Below the pieces are notes generated by a model. The model worked only from the letters and a program-made list of their open reading frames with translations, was not told where the DNA came from and did no database searches. A DNA stretch of 64,000 nt from contig CAVVHE010000005.1 in the NCBI GenBank assembly GCA_963748015.1, positions 288,001 to 352,000 on the forward strand. Reading direction: 5' to 3'. The stretch's first letter is position 1. Each line of letters begins with the position of its first letter. Positions 38,501-47,768 of the stretch are shown here, in pieces. The DNA comes from Terriglobia bacterium (lineage in GTDB: Bacteria > Acidobacteriota > Polarisedimenticolia > Polarisedimenticolales > JAIQFR01). The position numbers and the translations under genes are program-made.

Positions 38501-39542
38501 CGGCGGCGACTGCAACGACGGCAACAACAAGGTGTACCCGGGAGCCCCCCAGCTCTGCAACGGCATCAACGACGATTGCAGCGATCCCGCCTGGCCGGCC
38601 GTTCCGCCGAGCGAGGCGAACGCCGACGGCGACGGCTACCGGATCTGCCAGGGCGATTGCGACGACACGAACAACAAGGTCTATCCGGGCGCCGCGCAGC
38701 TGTGCGACGGGGTGAACGACAACTGCCTCGACCCGGGCTGGCCGACCGTTCCCGCGAACGAGGCCGACGCGGACGGCGACGGCTACCGGATCTGCCAGAA
38801 CGACTGCGACGACACGCGCGCCTCGGTGCACCCCGGGACGGCCGAGGCTTGCAACGGTCTGGACGACAACTGCAACGGGCAGACGGATGAGGACGCTCAG
38901 GGGGTGGACACGGATGGCGACGGAATCCACAACGCCTGCGACAACTGCAAGACGGTTTACAACCCGGACCAGCTCGACGCCGACGGCGACCATGCCGGCA
39001 ACGCGTGCGACAACTGCATCCTGGCGCCGAACCCGGCGCAGCAGGACACGGACGGGGACCAGATCGGGGACGCGTGCGACGACTGCCCGCTGGCCTCGAA
39101 CCCGACGCAGTCGGACCTCGACGGGGACAAGGTCGGGGACGCGTGCGACAACTGCATCACCGACCATAACCCCGCCCAGACCGACTTCGACCACGACGGG
39201 ACCGGGGACGTTTGCGACCTGAACGACGGCCTGATCTACATCCTGCAGGCCGACAAGGACTACGTCGAGTGGCAGCCGGAGAGCGGGCCGACGTCCTGGA
39301 ACGTGTACGAGGGGGATCTCGCGGTCTTGAAGTCGACCTTGGTCTACACGCAGGCTCCGGGCTCGAACCCGCTGGCGGTGCGGGAGTGCGGGGTCCTGGA
39401 CGCGTTCGTGGCGGACCCGGTCGCGCCGGACCCCGGGCAGGTGAAGTTCTCGCTGGTGACCGGAGTGCAGAACGGCACGGAATGGAGTCTCGGGACCGAC
39501 TCGGGCGGGATCTCGAGGCCCAACACGAACCCCTGCCCGTGA
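35574..39542 (+). CDS. Secreted 14-kelch protein with MopE-like and thrombospondin type 3-like repeats and a distinct C-terminal module
   Basis: GGAGG SD, signal peptide, N-domain similar to 6991-13602, 14 AVWTG.EMIVWGG units, DCND..YPGA.Q.C.G units, DNC...NP.Q.D.DGD..GDACD units. Confidence 0.9.
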   Translation: MRAGDRVRSTIVTIAVLGLLAASGAVASEPTAAAPERDEPRALSFEDRLAAQWAIERVYWAHRIWPKDNPGPKPPLEQVVSPETIRAKVEAYLGKSNALDAYWQRPLTAAQLRAEMERIARESRNPEVLRELLGALGNDPLRIAECLARPALADRLARAYFDADDGAAGPKLAFDDWWADAKGTIALELPLPATSYEMIEPDGMGCTDDSWLPIANGSPDPRSRSTAVWTGTEMIVWGGFDDDNVSNNGYRYNPATDTWTPTSTGTDVPSPRRYHTAVWTGTRMIVWGGESAYGPSTSRVNSGGSYDPVSDTWTATSTGTSCPSAREKHSAVWTGSLMLVWGGNGPAYDTGYTGGRYNPATDSWTKTADATINVPLPRDSHSAVWTGTYMVIWGGASTQGIVVFADGGRYNPLTDSWLAVNTSGAPAARANHRAVWTGSVMIVKGGNSSPVTGGRYDPGSDTWAPTSTIGAPAGGGGTAVWTGSEMIVWGGGTNTGARYDPVADNWTSTGTGANVPSIRADHVAVWTGTEMIVWGGQRDTVPMRTGGRYSPASDSWVPTSVGSGVPPASSSLAAVWTGAEMIVWGGQVGSIVGSSSGGSYDPALDRWTPTASTNAPSARLNHTAVWTGAEMLVWGGQYNSGGVQNTGSRYDPIADRWTFTSIGTNVPSSRAAHAAVWTGTRMVVWGGRTSSGNTSTGARYDPSTDSWAPTSLVGAPTARTGHAAVWTGTELIVWGGSDTNTGGRYNPASDAWTPTGTGANVPSARSIAAAAWTGTEMIVWGGQGPGSGAALNTGGRYNPSTDLWTATSAGAGVPAARYRHSLVWTGTEMIAWGGWDGSQRFNTGGRYDPAGNSWSATSTGTNAPFGRHSHTAVRTESEMIVWGGDSLTASGARYCTEPCTPQAWYQDGDGDRYGNPSVTQSSCTKPSGYVAVAGDCADGNASAHPYATEVCNSIDDDCDGKVDEGFDADNDGYTSCGGDCNDGNNKVYPGAPQLCNGINDDCSDPAWPAVPPSEANADGDGYRICQGDCDDTNNKVYPGAAQLCDGVNDNCLDPGWPTVPANEADADGDGYRICQNDCDDTRASVHPGTAEACNGLDDNCNGQTDEDAQGVDTDGDGIHNACDNCKTVYNPDQLDADGDHAGNACDNCILAPNPAQQDTDGDQIGDACDDCPLASNPTQSDLDGDKVGDACDNCITDHNPAQTDFDHDGTGDVCDLNDGLIYILQADKDYVEWQPESGPTSWNVYEGDLAVLKSTLVYTQAPGSNPLAVRECGVLDAFVADPVAPDPGQVKFSLVTGVQNGTEWSLGTDSGGISRPNTNPCP

Positions 39543-39626
39543 CGGGTCGACGGGAAGGGGCCGTGGCGGGAGCGTCGACCGGGCAGCTGCTTGTGCCTCC
39601 CCTGCTCCCGCGATAGGCTGGCCCGC

Positions 39627-39998
39627 ATGACCCCCGAGACGTTCCGGTCGTGGCTCGAGGCTTACAAAGCCGCTTGGGAAAAGCGCGATCCCGACGCCGC
39701 CGCGGCGCTGTTCGCCGAGATGGCGGTCTACCAGGAAACCCCGTACCGCGACCCGATGCGCGGGCGCGCGGCCATCCGCGCGTACTGGGAGCACGTTCCC
39801 CGCACCCAGGACGAGGTGCACTTCCACTTCGAGGTCCTCGCCGTCACGGGGGACGTGGGGATCGCCCGCTGGTGGGCGTCGTTCGTGAAGATCCCCGCGG
39901 GCAAGCGCGTCCACCTCGACGGCGTCGCGGTGATCAACTTCGACGGCGAGGGGAAGTGCCGTCTCTTCCGGGAGTGGTGGCACAAGCGCGAGGCGTAG
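39627..39998 (+). CDS. NTF2/SnoaL-like protein
   Basis: WLEAYKAAWE.RDP..AAALF..A.Y...P...GRAAIRAYW...FREWW. Confidence 0.85.
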   Translation: MTPETFRSWLEAYKAAWEKRDPDAAAALFAEMAVYQETPYRDPMRGRAAIRAYWEHVPRTQDEVHFHFEVLAVTGDVGIARWWASFVKIPAGKRVHLDGVAVINFDGEGKCRLFREWWHKREA

Positions 39999-40017
39999 GA
40001 AACGGGAGCGGCGGGAC

Positions 40018-41388
40018 TCAGGGACGGTCGGCGGTCCGGCGCCCCTCGTTGGCGACGGCGCGGGCGTCGACCCCGGACGCGCTGGGCGCCGCGCTCGCCG
40101 CGTGCGGCGCCGAGAGCACCACGTCCGCGTCGGAGTCCGCATAGGGTAGCGGCGGCGCGCAGGTTCGCGGCGCGGGCCCGCCGCGTGACGCCACCAGGTC
40201 GAGGAGCCACTCCTCCTCCTGGTGACGGGCCCGCCGGACCCGTCCTCCCGCTCGCGGCGCCGCGATGCAGAACACCAGCTCGCCCCGCGTGGTGTTGAGG
40301 AAGCCGGCGAGCACCGAGACGCCGCCGTCGGTCGCGGTCAGCGTCCCCGTCTTCGCCACGAGGGCGGTGGCATTCGCGCCCGCGGCGAACTGCGGGAAGA
40401 ACCGCGTTACCGTGCCGGGATCGCACCCGGCCACGGGCAAGAGCGATTCGACGTCCCTCCCTACCCTCTCGCCGGTGCGGCGGAACTCGCGCATCATCCG
40501 GACGACGAGGCGCGGCGTGATGCGGTTCTCGCCGAGACCCGACGTCGTCTCGAGCCGGACGAGATCGGGCGGCGCCCCGATCGCCTCGCCGAGCCGCTGC
40601 GCCAGCTCTCCGGCGGGCCCCAGGGCAACCCCGACCCGCTCGATGTCGTTGTTCGAGAAACAGTTGAACCGGCGGAGGATGTCCGCGAGGCGCTTCGACC
40701 GGTGCACGACGGCGACGTCGGCCCCCTGCGTGACGTCCACGACCCGGATGCCCTTGGCGACGGCGACTCGCGGAGGCTGGTTGGCGTAGAGGCCGCGTCG
40801 CGTCGCGAACTCGCGCCAGGCGGCGCGGGTCGCCTGGTTCCACGTCCTGGAGTCGAGGGCCAGCCTGAGGCGCGTTCCCATCAGCGCCGCGCGCCGCTCG
40901 GGATCGCGCTCCATCCCCGCGGAGCCGTCCTCCCATCCCATCCAGAACCGGTGGTTGACGACCAGGGCGCCGGTGACCTGGCGCACGCCGAGCCGGTTCA
41001 ACGCCGCGGCGGCGAGGAAAGCGTTCTCGGACTGGAAGTCGGGGTCGCCGCCACCCTCCACCACGAGGTCGCCGCGGAGGATCCCTTTCGCGGCGTCCAC
41101 CGAGCCGCGGACGGAGAAGCGCGTCTCGAACCTGAAATCGGGGCCGAGCTTCTCGAGCGCCCACCACGAGGTCGCCACCTTGACGACCGACGCGGGGTTG
41201 ATCGGACCGTCGGCGGCCCGGCTGTCCACGACTTCGCCGGAGAGCGTCTCGACGTGCCACACCATGTCGAGCGGCGGCCGCCGCGGTTTCGTGGGGCGCG
41301 CCTTTCGGGGCTGCGCGGCCATCGCGCCGTCGGCGGCGAAGGCCGCGAGCAGGAGCAGCGCCGCAACGAGTGCCGGCTTCTTCTTCAT
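40018..41388 (-). CDS. D-Ala-D-Ala carboxypeptidase/endopeptidase (peptidase S13, PBP4-like)
   Basis: PASVVK (SxxK), GGGDP, SNN (SxN), AKTGTL (KTG). Confidence 0.88.
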   Translation of the reverse strand: MKKKPALVAALLLLAAFAADGAMAAQPRKARPTKPRRPPLDMVWHVETLSGEVVDSRAADGPINPASVVKVATSWWALEKLGPDFRFETRFSVRGSVDAAKGILRGDLVVEGGGDPDFQSENAFLAAAALNRLGVRQVTGALVVNHRFWMGWEDGSAGMERDPERRAALMGTRLRLALDSRTWNQATRAAWREFATRRGLYANQPPRVAVAKGIRVVDVTQGADVAVVHRSKRLADILRRFNCFSNNDIERVGVALGPAGELAQRLGEAIGAPPDLVRLETTSGLGENRITPRLVVRMMREFRRTGERVGRDVESLLPVAGCDPGTVTRFFPQFAAGANATALVAKTGTLTATDGGVSVLAGFLNTTRGELVFCIAAPRAGGRVRRARHQEEEWLLDLVASRGGPAPRTCAPPLPYADSDADVVLSAPHAASAAPSASGVDARAVANEGRRTADRP

Positions 41389-41421
41389 CGGCGCGCATTC
41401 TACATCGCGCGCCAAGCAACG

Positions 41422-41712
41422 CTAGTCGAGATCGAAGATGCTCGGCGGCTTCCCCTTCTCGTCCTTGGCCTTCTTGCGGGCTTCCTCGAACTTCTTGTCG
41501 AGGAGGTCTTGTAGGTTGCGCGTCCGGTCGGAGGCCTTCGTGAAGGCCTCCTCGCGCTTCTGCGCCCCGGTGTTCACTTCGGTCATCGCCTGCTCGAAAC
41601 TCTTCGTCGGCTTGGGCTGGGGGCGCTCCTCGGCGAGGATCTCGCCGGACGCGGCGTCCACCGTCATCTTGTTCCCGCAGCAGGGACAGAGCAGGTCGAT
41701 CGTCGCGGACAT
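41422..41712 (-). CDS. Hypothetical protein with N-terminal CPCC and charged coiled coil
   Basis: MSATIDLLCPCCG...KKFEEARKKAK...FDLD; GGGAGG SD. Confidence 0.75.
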   Translation of the reverse strand: MSATIDLLCPCCGNKMTVDAASGEILAEERPQPKPTKSFEQAMTEVNTGAQKREEAFTKASDRTRNLQDLLDKKFEEARKKAKDEKGKPPSIFDLD

Positions 41713-41756
41713 CGTCGTGGCCTCCCGCTCCATTCTCCGGCGGGACGGAAGCCCCG

Positions 41757-42083
41757 TCAATCCGGTCGGCCCGCGGCGCGGAGCCGCACCACGGTCGCGC
41801 CCCAGCCTCCGCGCTCCGGCCGCGCGTCCTCGAAGCCCGCGACGCCGGGGTGGCGGGACAGGACCGCGCGGACGATCTCGCGCTGCACGCCGATGCCACG
41901 GCCGTGGATCAGCCGGACCTCCTCGAGGCCGGCCTCGATCGCGGCCTCGACGTAGGAGGCGACGACGGAGCCGACCTCCCGCGGCTGGAAGGGGTGGAGG
42001 TCGAGGCTGTCCTCGATCGGGAGCGACACCTCGGCCGGTATCTCGTCGTCGAGGGGGCCGCCGTCCCGGCCGTCTTGCTTCAC
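41757..42083 (-). CDS. Stand-alone Smr/MutS2 C-terminal domain protein
   Basis: LDLH, VRLIHGRG.GV.R, GGWGATVV. Confidence 0.88.
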   Translation of the reverse strand: MKQDGRDGGPLDDEIPAEVSLPIEDSLDLHPFQPREVGSVVASYVEAAIEAGLEEVRLIHGRGIGVQREIVRAVLSRHPGVAGFEDARPERGGWGATVVRLRAAGRPD

Positions 42084-42249
42084 GAGGGCTCCTGCCGCGC
42101 GGCGCGGGGGACCTATCCTAGTGTGCACCGATTCCGATGTCGCGCTACATTCGGCGCCGGTTGAAGGACCCGCCTCCGATCTCTAGAATGGTCGTTTTTC
42201 CGGGGCTCGCTCGGATCCGCTCGCGGGATCGACCCCGCCGGGAGACATC

Positions 42250-43431
42250 ATGGACCGAACAGGGAAGATCTCGCTCCGGCACGCCGCCGGCTCCATCCTC
42301 GTGGTCTCGCTGGCGCTGGCGGTCGGCTGCGGCGGGTCCAAGACCGGGGCCCCCGACGCCCAGGGCAAGCCGGCGGCTCCGACCGCCGCGGCTCCGACCC
42401 CCGCGGCTCCGGCCGCCGAGGGCGGCGCCCCCGGAGCGGGTTCCCCTGCCGCGCCGCCGCCGGTAGCGATGCGGGATCCCGGCAACGTCGTGGCCACCGT
42501 CGACGGGAGGCCGATCACGGCGCGGCAGGTTTACGGTCTCGCGAGCGCCTACCGCGAGCAGTTCGACCAGCGCGGGATCGCGCTCGCGCCACAGCAGGAG
42601 ATGGAGCTCCAGCGCATGGCCCTGCAGACGCTGATCAACACCGACCTCATGGCGCGCGCCGCGAAGGCCGAGGGGATAAAGACCGACACGAAGATGATCG
42701 ACGGGCGGATCCAGGCCGACCGGGCCCGGTTCAAGACCGAGGAGGAGTACCGCCAGGCGCTCGCCGCCGCCGGGATCTCCCTCGAGCAGATCCGCTCCGA
42801 CCTCGAGCAGCAGTATCTCGCCGAGATGTGGGCGCGCGCGAAGACGGGCAGCGTCAAGCCCGACGAGGCGACCGTGCGAAAGGTCTACGACGAGCACAAG
42901 AACGAGTTCAAGAAGAGCGACGAGGCCCACGTCCTCCAGATCCTCGTCCCCGCCTCCCCCGCCGACACCCCGGAGAAGCGGGAGGCGGCGAGGAAGCGCG
43001 CCGAGGAAGCCTACGCCAAGGCGAAGGCTGGGGAGGATTTCGGGAAGCTCGCGACGAAGTACTCGCAGGCCCCCAACGCGGCGGCGGGTGGCGACACCGG
43101 GTTCATCCCCCAGGGTACGCAGCTACGCGAGTTCGACCAGGCGGCGTTCTCCCTTCCCGTCGGCCAGGTCTCGCCGGTCTTCGAGACGCAGGCGGGGTTC
43201 AACGTCATCAAGGTCCTCGAGCGCCGGACGGGGCAGCCGCTCTCGTGGGAGGAAGTGAAGGGCGGGCTGAGCGAGCAGATCACCTCGAACCTGAAGGGGC
43301 AGGTGCTCGAAGGGAAGATCGCCGAGCTTCGCGCGAAGGCCAAGGTCTCGATCACGGCCTCCGAGCTAGAGCCGCGCAAGCAGGCCGTCGCCGCGGGGGC
43401 CGCCGGAGCGGGCGCCCCGTCGAATCCCTGA
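42250..43431 (+). CDS. SurA/PrsA-type parvulin peptidyl-prolyl isomerase, lipoprotein
   Basis: LAVGC lipobox, VVATVDG, GEDFGKLATKYS, GGDTGF, EFDQAAFSL.VGQVS.VFET..GF.VIKV. Confidence 0.92.
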   Translation: MDRTGKISLRHAAGSILVVSLALAVGCGGSKTGAPDAQGKPAAPTAAAPTPAAPAAEGGAPGAGSPAAPPPVAMRDPGNVVATVDGRPITARQVYGLASAYREQFDQRGIALAPQQEMELQRMALQTLINTDLMARAAKAEGIKTDTKMIDGRIQADRARFKTEEEYRQALAAAGISLEQIRSDLEQQYLAEMWARAKTGSVKPDEATVRKVYDEHKNEFKKSDEAHVLQILVPASPADTPEKREAARKRAEEAYAKAKAGEDFGKLATKYSQAPNAAAGGDTGFIPQGTQLREFDQAAFSLPVGQVSPVFETQAGFNVIKVLERRTGQPLSWEEVKGGLSEQITSNLKGQVLEGKIAELRAKAKVSITASELEPRKQAVAAGAAGAGAPSNP

Positions 43432-43446
43432 CGCCGTCTCGCCCCG

Positions 43447-44418
43447 CTATTTTCCGAGGACCGCGCCCGGGGTCTCCGTCGTCGCCGTCTTGAAGAACTG
43501 GTAGCCGTCGTAGCGCCGGGAAGAGGCCTGGCGCGGGGCCGACTGCTTCGCCGAGACGGCGATCCGCGTGTCGTACCTCAGCTCGGTCGGAAAGCTCAGG
43601 CCGTCTCGCCTCAGGCCGAACTGCACGAACGCGGAGTACAGGAGCGGCCGCGGCGCCATGTGGAACCCGATGAGGTTGAACGCCTGCGACCATCGGTTGT
43701 AGAGGGCCCGGACCCGCGCGTCCTGCCCGGCCGGCTTGGCCTGGATCTCGACGGGGGCGAAGGTCACCGCATCGACGAGGACGATTCCCTCCCACTGGCG
43801 GATGTCCTTGCCGTCCGTGAACGGCAGCGCGCCGCGGAATTCGACCTCCCTCACCCAGTCGAATCCCTCGAAACGCTCGCCGAGGTCGCGATACACGAAG
43901 GCCGACTGGTTGAAGAGGTTGAACATCTGGACCCACGCGTACGCGGGGGGAAACGGCTCCTCGTCCTGGACCTCGCCTCCGCGGGGCGTGCCGTCCTCGC
44001 GGACCTTCTGCCGGTACTCGCGCAGCGTCTCCCCGTCCGATTCCCGCTCGAGGAGGTACGCGTACCGCCGGACCGACTCGTCGGAAGCCTCCGCCTCGGA
44101 GTCGTACTTGGCGAGGCGGACCGTCTCGATGCAGGTGAAGCGGAGCGCGTAGTCGCGATACAGCTCCGCGACGCGGGCGAGTCGGGACAGCAGGTCGGCG
44201 GGCAGATTCCAAGGGGCTTCGGGCCTCGGCGCATCGCCGACGGTCTTGTCCCCGGCATCGTCCCGCGGCGGAGAGGCGGGCGGGCCCCCGGAAGCGGTGC
44301 GCGCCGGCGGCTCAAGCACCGGCCCGTCCGGAGGCTGCGGGGCCTGGGCCCGTGCCGCGGCCGTCGCGAATGCGGCGGCAACGATGAGCGTGACGGCCAG
44401 GATCCGCGATCTACGCAC
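43447..44418 (-). CDS. Secreted hypothetical protein (beta-rich)
   Basis: Signal peptide, Pro-rich linker, FTCIETV...W.G.V.VD..T..PV pattern. Confidence 0.75.
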   Translation of the reverse strand: MRRSRILAVTLIVAAAFATAAARAQAPQPPDGPVLEPPARTASGGPPASPPRDDAGDKTVGDAPRPEAPWNLPADLLSRLARVAELYRDYALRFTCIETVRLAKYDSEAEASDESVRRYAYLLERESDGETLREYRQKVREDGTPRGGEVQDEEPFPPAYAWVQMFNLFNQSAFVYRDLGERFEGFDWVREVEFRGALPFTDGKDIRQWEGIVLVDAVTFAPVEIQAKPAGQDARVRALYNRWSQAFNLIGFHMAPRPLLYSAFVQFGLRRDGLSFPTELRYDTRIAVSAKQSAPRQASSRRYDGYQFFKTATTETPGAVLGK

Positions 44419-44562
44419 CCCGTCATTCTAGACCGAACCCCGCCGCGCGGCTCGCGCCGAAAACGTTGCCGGCGCCGCATTCCCCGACGCCTGATATAGT
44501 GGGGTCGGTCGGCGGCTGGAGCTCGCGCTGTCGCCGCCCCGGAAAACCGAGACACCGAGACG

Positions 44563-46422
44563 ATGCTGAGGCGAATCCGCAATCTCCTGACCCGTACCCC
44601 GAAGGCATCCCGAACGCCGGTGGTGCCTGCGGCCGAGGTACCCGAGCCTCCCGCGCCGACGGCCGCGGCCGTCGCCGCGCCCGCCGTCCTAGCGGGGCCT
44701 AAGGTAGAGATCCGGCGCGGCCCCAAGGTCGTCCACCATCCGATCGATCCGGGCGAGCTCGATCCCGATGCGGTCCGGATCCTCCAGCGCCTCACCCGCT
44801 TCGACCACACCGCCTATCTCGTGGGCGGCTGCGTGCGCGATCTCCTGCTCGGGCGCCGGCCGAAGGACTTCGACATCGGCACGTCGGCCACCCCGCGGCA
44901 GATCAAGCGGCTCTTCAGCAATTCCAGGATCATCGGGCGCCGGTTCCGACTCGCCCACGTCTACTTCCAGAGCGGCAAGATCATCGAGGTGGCGACGTTC
45001 CGCTCGTACGACGTCGAAGAAGGGGAAGGCGCGCCCCAGGCCGCCGCGAAGGACCTCCTGATCCGCGACGACAACGTGTTCGGCGCCGCGGAGGAAGACG
45101 CCCTCCGCCGCGACTTCACGATCAACGCGCTGTTCTACGACGCCGAGAAGGGGACGGTCCTCGATCACGCCGACGGGCTGGCCGATCTGAGGCGGCGGCT
45201 CATCCGCACCATCGGCGATCCGGAGATCCGCTTCCGCGAGGACCCGATCCGGATCCTTCGTGCGGTCAAGTTCGCCGCGCGGCTCGGCTTCGAGATCGAG
45301 GGGCGGACCCTCGAGGCGCTGAAGCGCACGAGCGTCGAGATCCCGCGCGCCGCCATGCCGCGCGTTCTCGAGGAGATCAACCGGTTCTGCCGCGGAGGGG
45401 CCGCGCGCGCGTCGTTCGACCTGGCCCTCGAGACCGGCGTGTTCGACGTGATCCTCCCGGAGCTGGCGGGCGGGTACAAGCGCGACGGCGGCGCCCGGGA
45501 GCTCATGCTCGGGTTGATGGACTCCGTGGACCGCCGCCTCGAAAAGGGACGCGAGACGAGCACGGGCGAGATCCTGGCGATCCTGTCCCTGCCGCTCCTC
45601 GCGGTGCCGCTCGGGTGGGGAGCCGGCGGAAGCGCCGCCCCGCCGCGCAGCATCGATCTTCGGGACGTGACCGACGCTCTCCTGCGCCCGCTCGCGCTCA
45701 GGCTCAGGGTGTCCCGCAAGGACCAGGAGCGCTGCCGCCAGATCGTGCTGACGCTCGGGCGCATGGTGCCGGTGCGCGGACTCCGGAAGGGAGTCCGACA
45801 GGCGATCCTCCACCGTCCCGCGTTCGCGGACGCGATCTGGATTCTCGAGGGGGCCGGCGCGAGGCTGGGCGGGGACCTCGCGGAGGCGGCGGCGTACTGG
45901 CGCTCGGGGCACGAGACCGGCGGGGCGGAGCCCTCCTCGCACGGGCACCCCGAGCACGACGCGGAGGTCGGGGAGCTCCTCGAGGAAGGCGACGTCGCGA
46001 CGAGGAAGCGTCGGCGGCGGCGCCGCTCGAGGCGGCGAGGCAAGGGAGCCCCGGCGGCCGCCGGACCGGCGCACGAGACCGCGAGGCCCGCGGCCCACGA
46101 GCGCGTCGCGCGCGAGCGCGGGCCCGCCGAGCGTCCGCAGAAGCAGGAGCCACAGAACCTGCCGTCGCCGTGGGACGACAACTACTTCTTCGCCGCGCTT
46201 CCCACCGCTCCGAAGCTGGAGGCGGAGGACGGGGACACCGACCGTTACGGAGCCGCCACCGTCGCTCGCGGGCTCGAGGCGCCGGAACCGGAGGAAGCCG
46301 AGGACCGTCCCGGGCAGGCGCCGTCCCCCGACGCTCCGGCTCGGCGGCGGCGCCGCCGCCGGCGCTCGCGCCGCGGAAGGCCCGCCGACGGCGGTCCGGC
46401 TCCCCCACCCGGGCCCGAATAG
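44563..46422 (+). CDS. pcnB: Poly(A) polymerase I (class II nucleotidyltransferase)
   Basis: YLVGGCVRDLLLG..PKDFDI, IIGRRFRLAHV poly(A)-polymerase signature, RRDFTINAL, EDPIRILRA. Confidence 0.9.
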   Translation: MLRRIRNLLTRTPKASRTPVVPAAEVPEPPAPTAAAVAAPAVLAGPKVEIRRGPKVVHHPIDPGELDPDAVRILQRLTRFDHTAYLVGGCVRDLLLGRRPKDFDIGTSATPRQIKRLFSNSRIIGRRFRLAHVYFQSGKIIEVATFRSYDVEEGEGAPQAAAKDLLIRDDNVFGAAEEDALRRDFTINALFYDAEKGTVLDHADGLADLRRRLIRTIGDPEIRFREDPIRILRAVKFAARLGFEIEGRTLEALKRTSVEIPRAAMPRVLEEINRFCRGGAARASFDLALETGVFDVILPELAGGYKRDGGARELMLGLMDSVDRRLEKGRETSTGEILAILSLPLLAVPLGWGAGGSAAPPRSIDLRDVTDALLRPLALRLRVSRKDQERCRQIVLTLGRMVPVRGLRKGVRQAILHRPAFADAIWILEGAGARLGGDLAEAAAYWRSGHETGGAEPSSHGHPEHDAEVGELLEEGDVATRKRRRRRRSRRRGKGAPAAAGPAHETARPAAHERVARERGPAERPQKQEPQNLPSPWDDNYFFAALPTAPKLEAEDGDTDRYGAATVARGLEAPEPEEAEDRPGQAPSPDAPARRRRRRRRSRRGRPADGGPAPPPGPE

Positions 46423-46450
46423 GGTCTCGAACCGGCAGGGGGGCTTCAGA

Positions 46451-47761
46451 ATGCAGAATCGGCGACAGTTCCTCGAATCGGTCGGCCTTCCCGTCACCGC
46501 CGCGACCGCGGCTCTCGCCTGGGGGAGCGCCGCGTCCGCTCGCACCCTCGATGTCCTCGCCTCCCTCGCCGGCGTTTCAGGGACGCCCGAGGAGATCGCC
46601 GCGGACGAGTCGTTCTGGTTCGACGCGCAGGAAGCCTTCACGGTGGACCGCAGCATCCTGAACCTCAACAACGGCGGCGTGTGCCCCTCGCCGGCGATCG
46701 TTCAGGCGGCGATGAAGCGGTATCTCGACCAGTCGAATACCGCGCCGGCGTACGCTCTCTGGCAGGTCCTCGAGCCCCAGAAGGAAACGGTCCGCACGCG
46801 CCTCGCGCGCTTCTTCGGCTGCAGCCCCGAGGAGGTCGCCATCACGCGCAACGCGTCGGAGGGGCTCCAGATCTGCCAGTCCGGCTTCGACTTGAAGCGC
46901 GGCGACGAGGTGCTCACCACGAACCAGGACTACCCGCGCATGATCACCACCTGGCGCCAGCGGGAGCGGCGGGAGGGGGTCGTGCTGAAGCAATTCTCGA
47001 TCCCGGTGCCCTGCGAGGACCCCGCGACGATCGTCAGGCGCTTCGAGGAGAACATCTCCCCCAAGACGCGCCTGATCCTCATGTGTCACGTGATCAACCT
47101 GACCGGGCAGATCCTGCCGGTGCGCGACGTCGTGGCGATGGCCCGCCGGCGCGGGATCCCGGTGATCGTGGACGGCGCCCACGCATTCGCCCATCTCGTT
47201 TACGACCGGGACGCGCTCGACTGCGACTACTACGCGACGAGCCTCCACAAGTGGCTGATGGCGCCTCACGGCACCGGGATGCTCTACGTGCGGCGAGAGA
47301 AGGTGAAGGACCTCTGGCCGCTCCAGGCCTCGGGGCCGGAGCTCGACGACAACATCCGGAAGTTCGAGGAGGTCGGCACGCACCCGGCGGCCAACGCGCT
47401 CGCGATTTCGGAGGCGATGACGTTCCACCTCGGGATCGGTCCGAAGCGGAAGGAAGCGCGCCTGCGCTACCTCCGGAACTACTGGGCCGAGCGGCTCCTC
47501 TCGAGCGACCGCGTGAGCCTGCTGACGAGCCTGAAGCCCGAGTTCAGCGGGGGTATCGGGAACTTCCGGGTCGAGGGGCTCGAGTGCGGCGCGCTGGGGC
47601 AGCACCTCTGGAACAAGCACAGGATCCTCGTCACCCCGATCAAGCACCCGGAGTTCGAGGGGATCCGCGTCACGCCGAACGTCTACACCACGCTCGACGA
47701 GCTCGACCGATTCGGCGACGCCGTTCTGGCCGCGATCCGCGATGGCCTCCCGAAAGCCTGA
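46451..47761 (+). CDS. Class V PLP aminotransferase/lyase (isopenicillin-N-epimerase-like), Tat-exported
   Basis: NRRQFL twin-arginine signal; LNLNNGG, VDGAHA, SLHKWL PLP lysine. Confidence 0.9.
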   Translation: MQNRRQFLESVGLPVTAATAALAWGSAASARTLDVLASLAGVSGTPEEIAADESFWFDAQEAFTVDRSILNLNNGGVCPSPAIVQAAMKRYLDQSNTAPAYALWQVLEPQKETVRTRLARFFGCSPEEVAITRNASEGLQICQSGFDLKRGDEVLTTNQDYPRMITTWRQRERREGVVLKQFSIPVPCEDPATIVRRFEENISPKTRLILMCHVINLTGQILPVRDVVAMARRRGIPVIVDGAHAFAHLVYDRDALDCDYYATSLHKWLMAPHGTGMLYVRREKVKDLWPLQASGPELDDNIRKFEEVGTHPAANALAISEAMTFHLGIGPKRKEARLRYLRNYWAERLLSSDRVSLLTSLKPEFSGGIGNFRVEGLECGALGQHLWNKHRILVTPIKHPEFEGIRVTPNVYTTLDELDRFGDAVLAAIRDGLPKA

Positions 47762-47768
47762 GGCGGTG

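Noticed and set aside
38560..38830. Near-duplicate DNA segments inside the second kelch gene
   Set aside because: Explained by tandem MopE-like protein repeats
45900..46422. Arg-run low-complexity tail of PcnB as a separate feature
   Set aside because: Disordered RRRRR-rich tails are common on RNA-metabolism enzymes of high-GC bacteria
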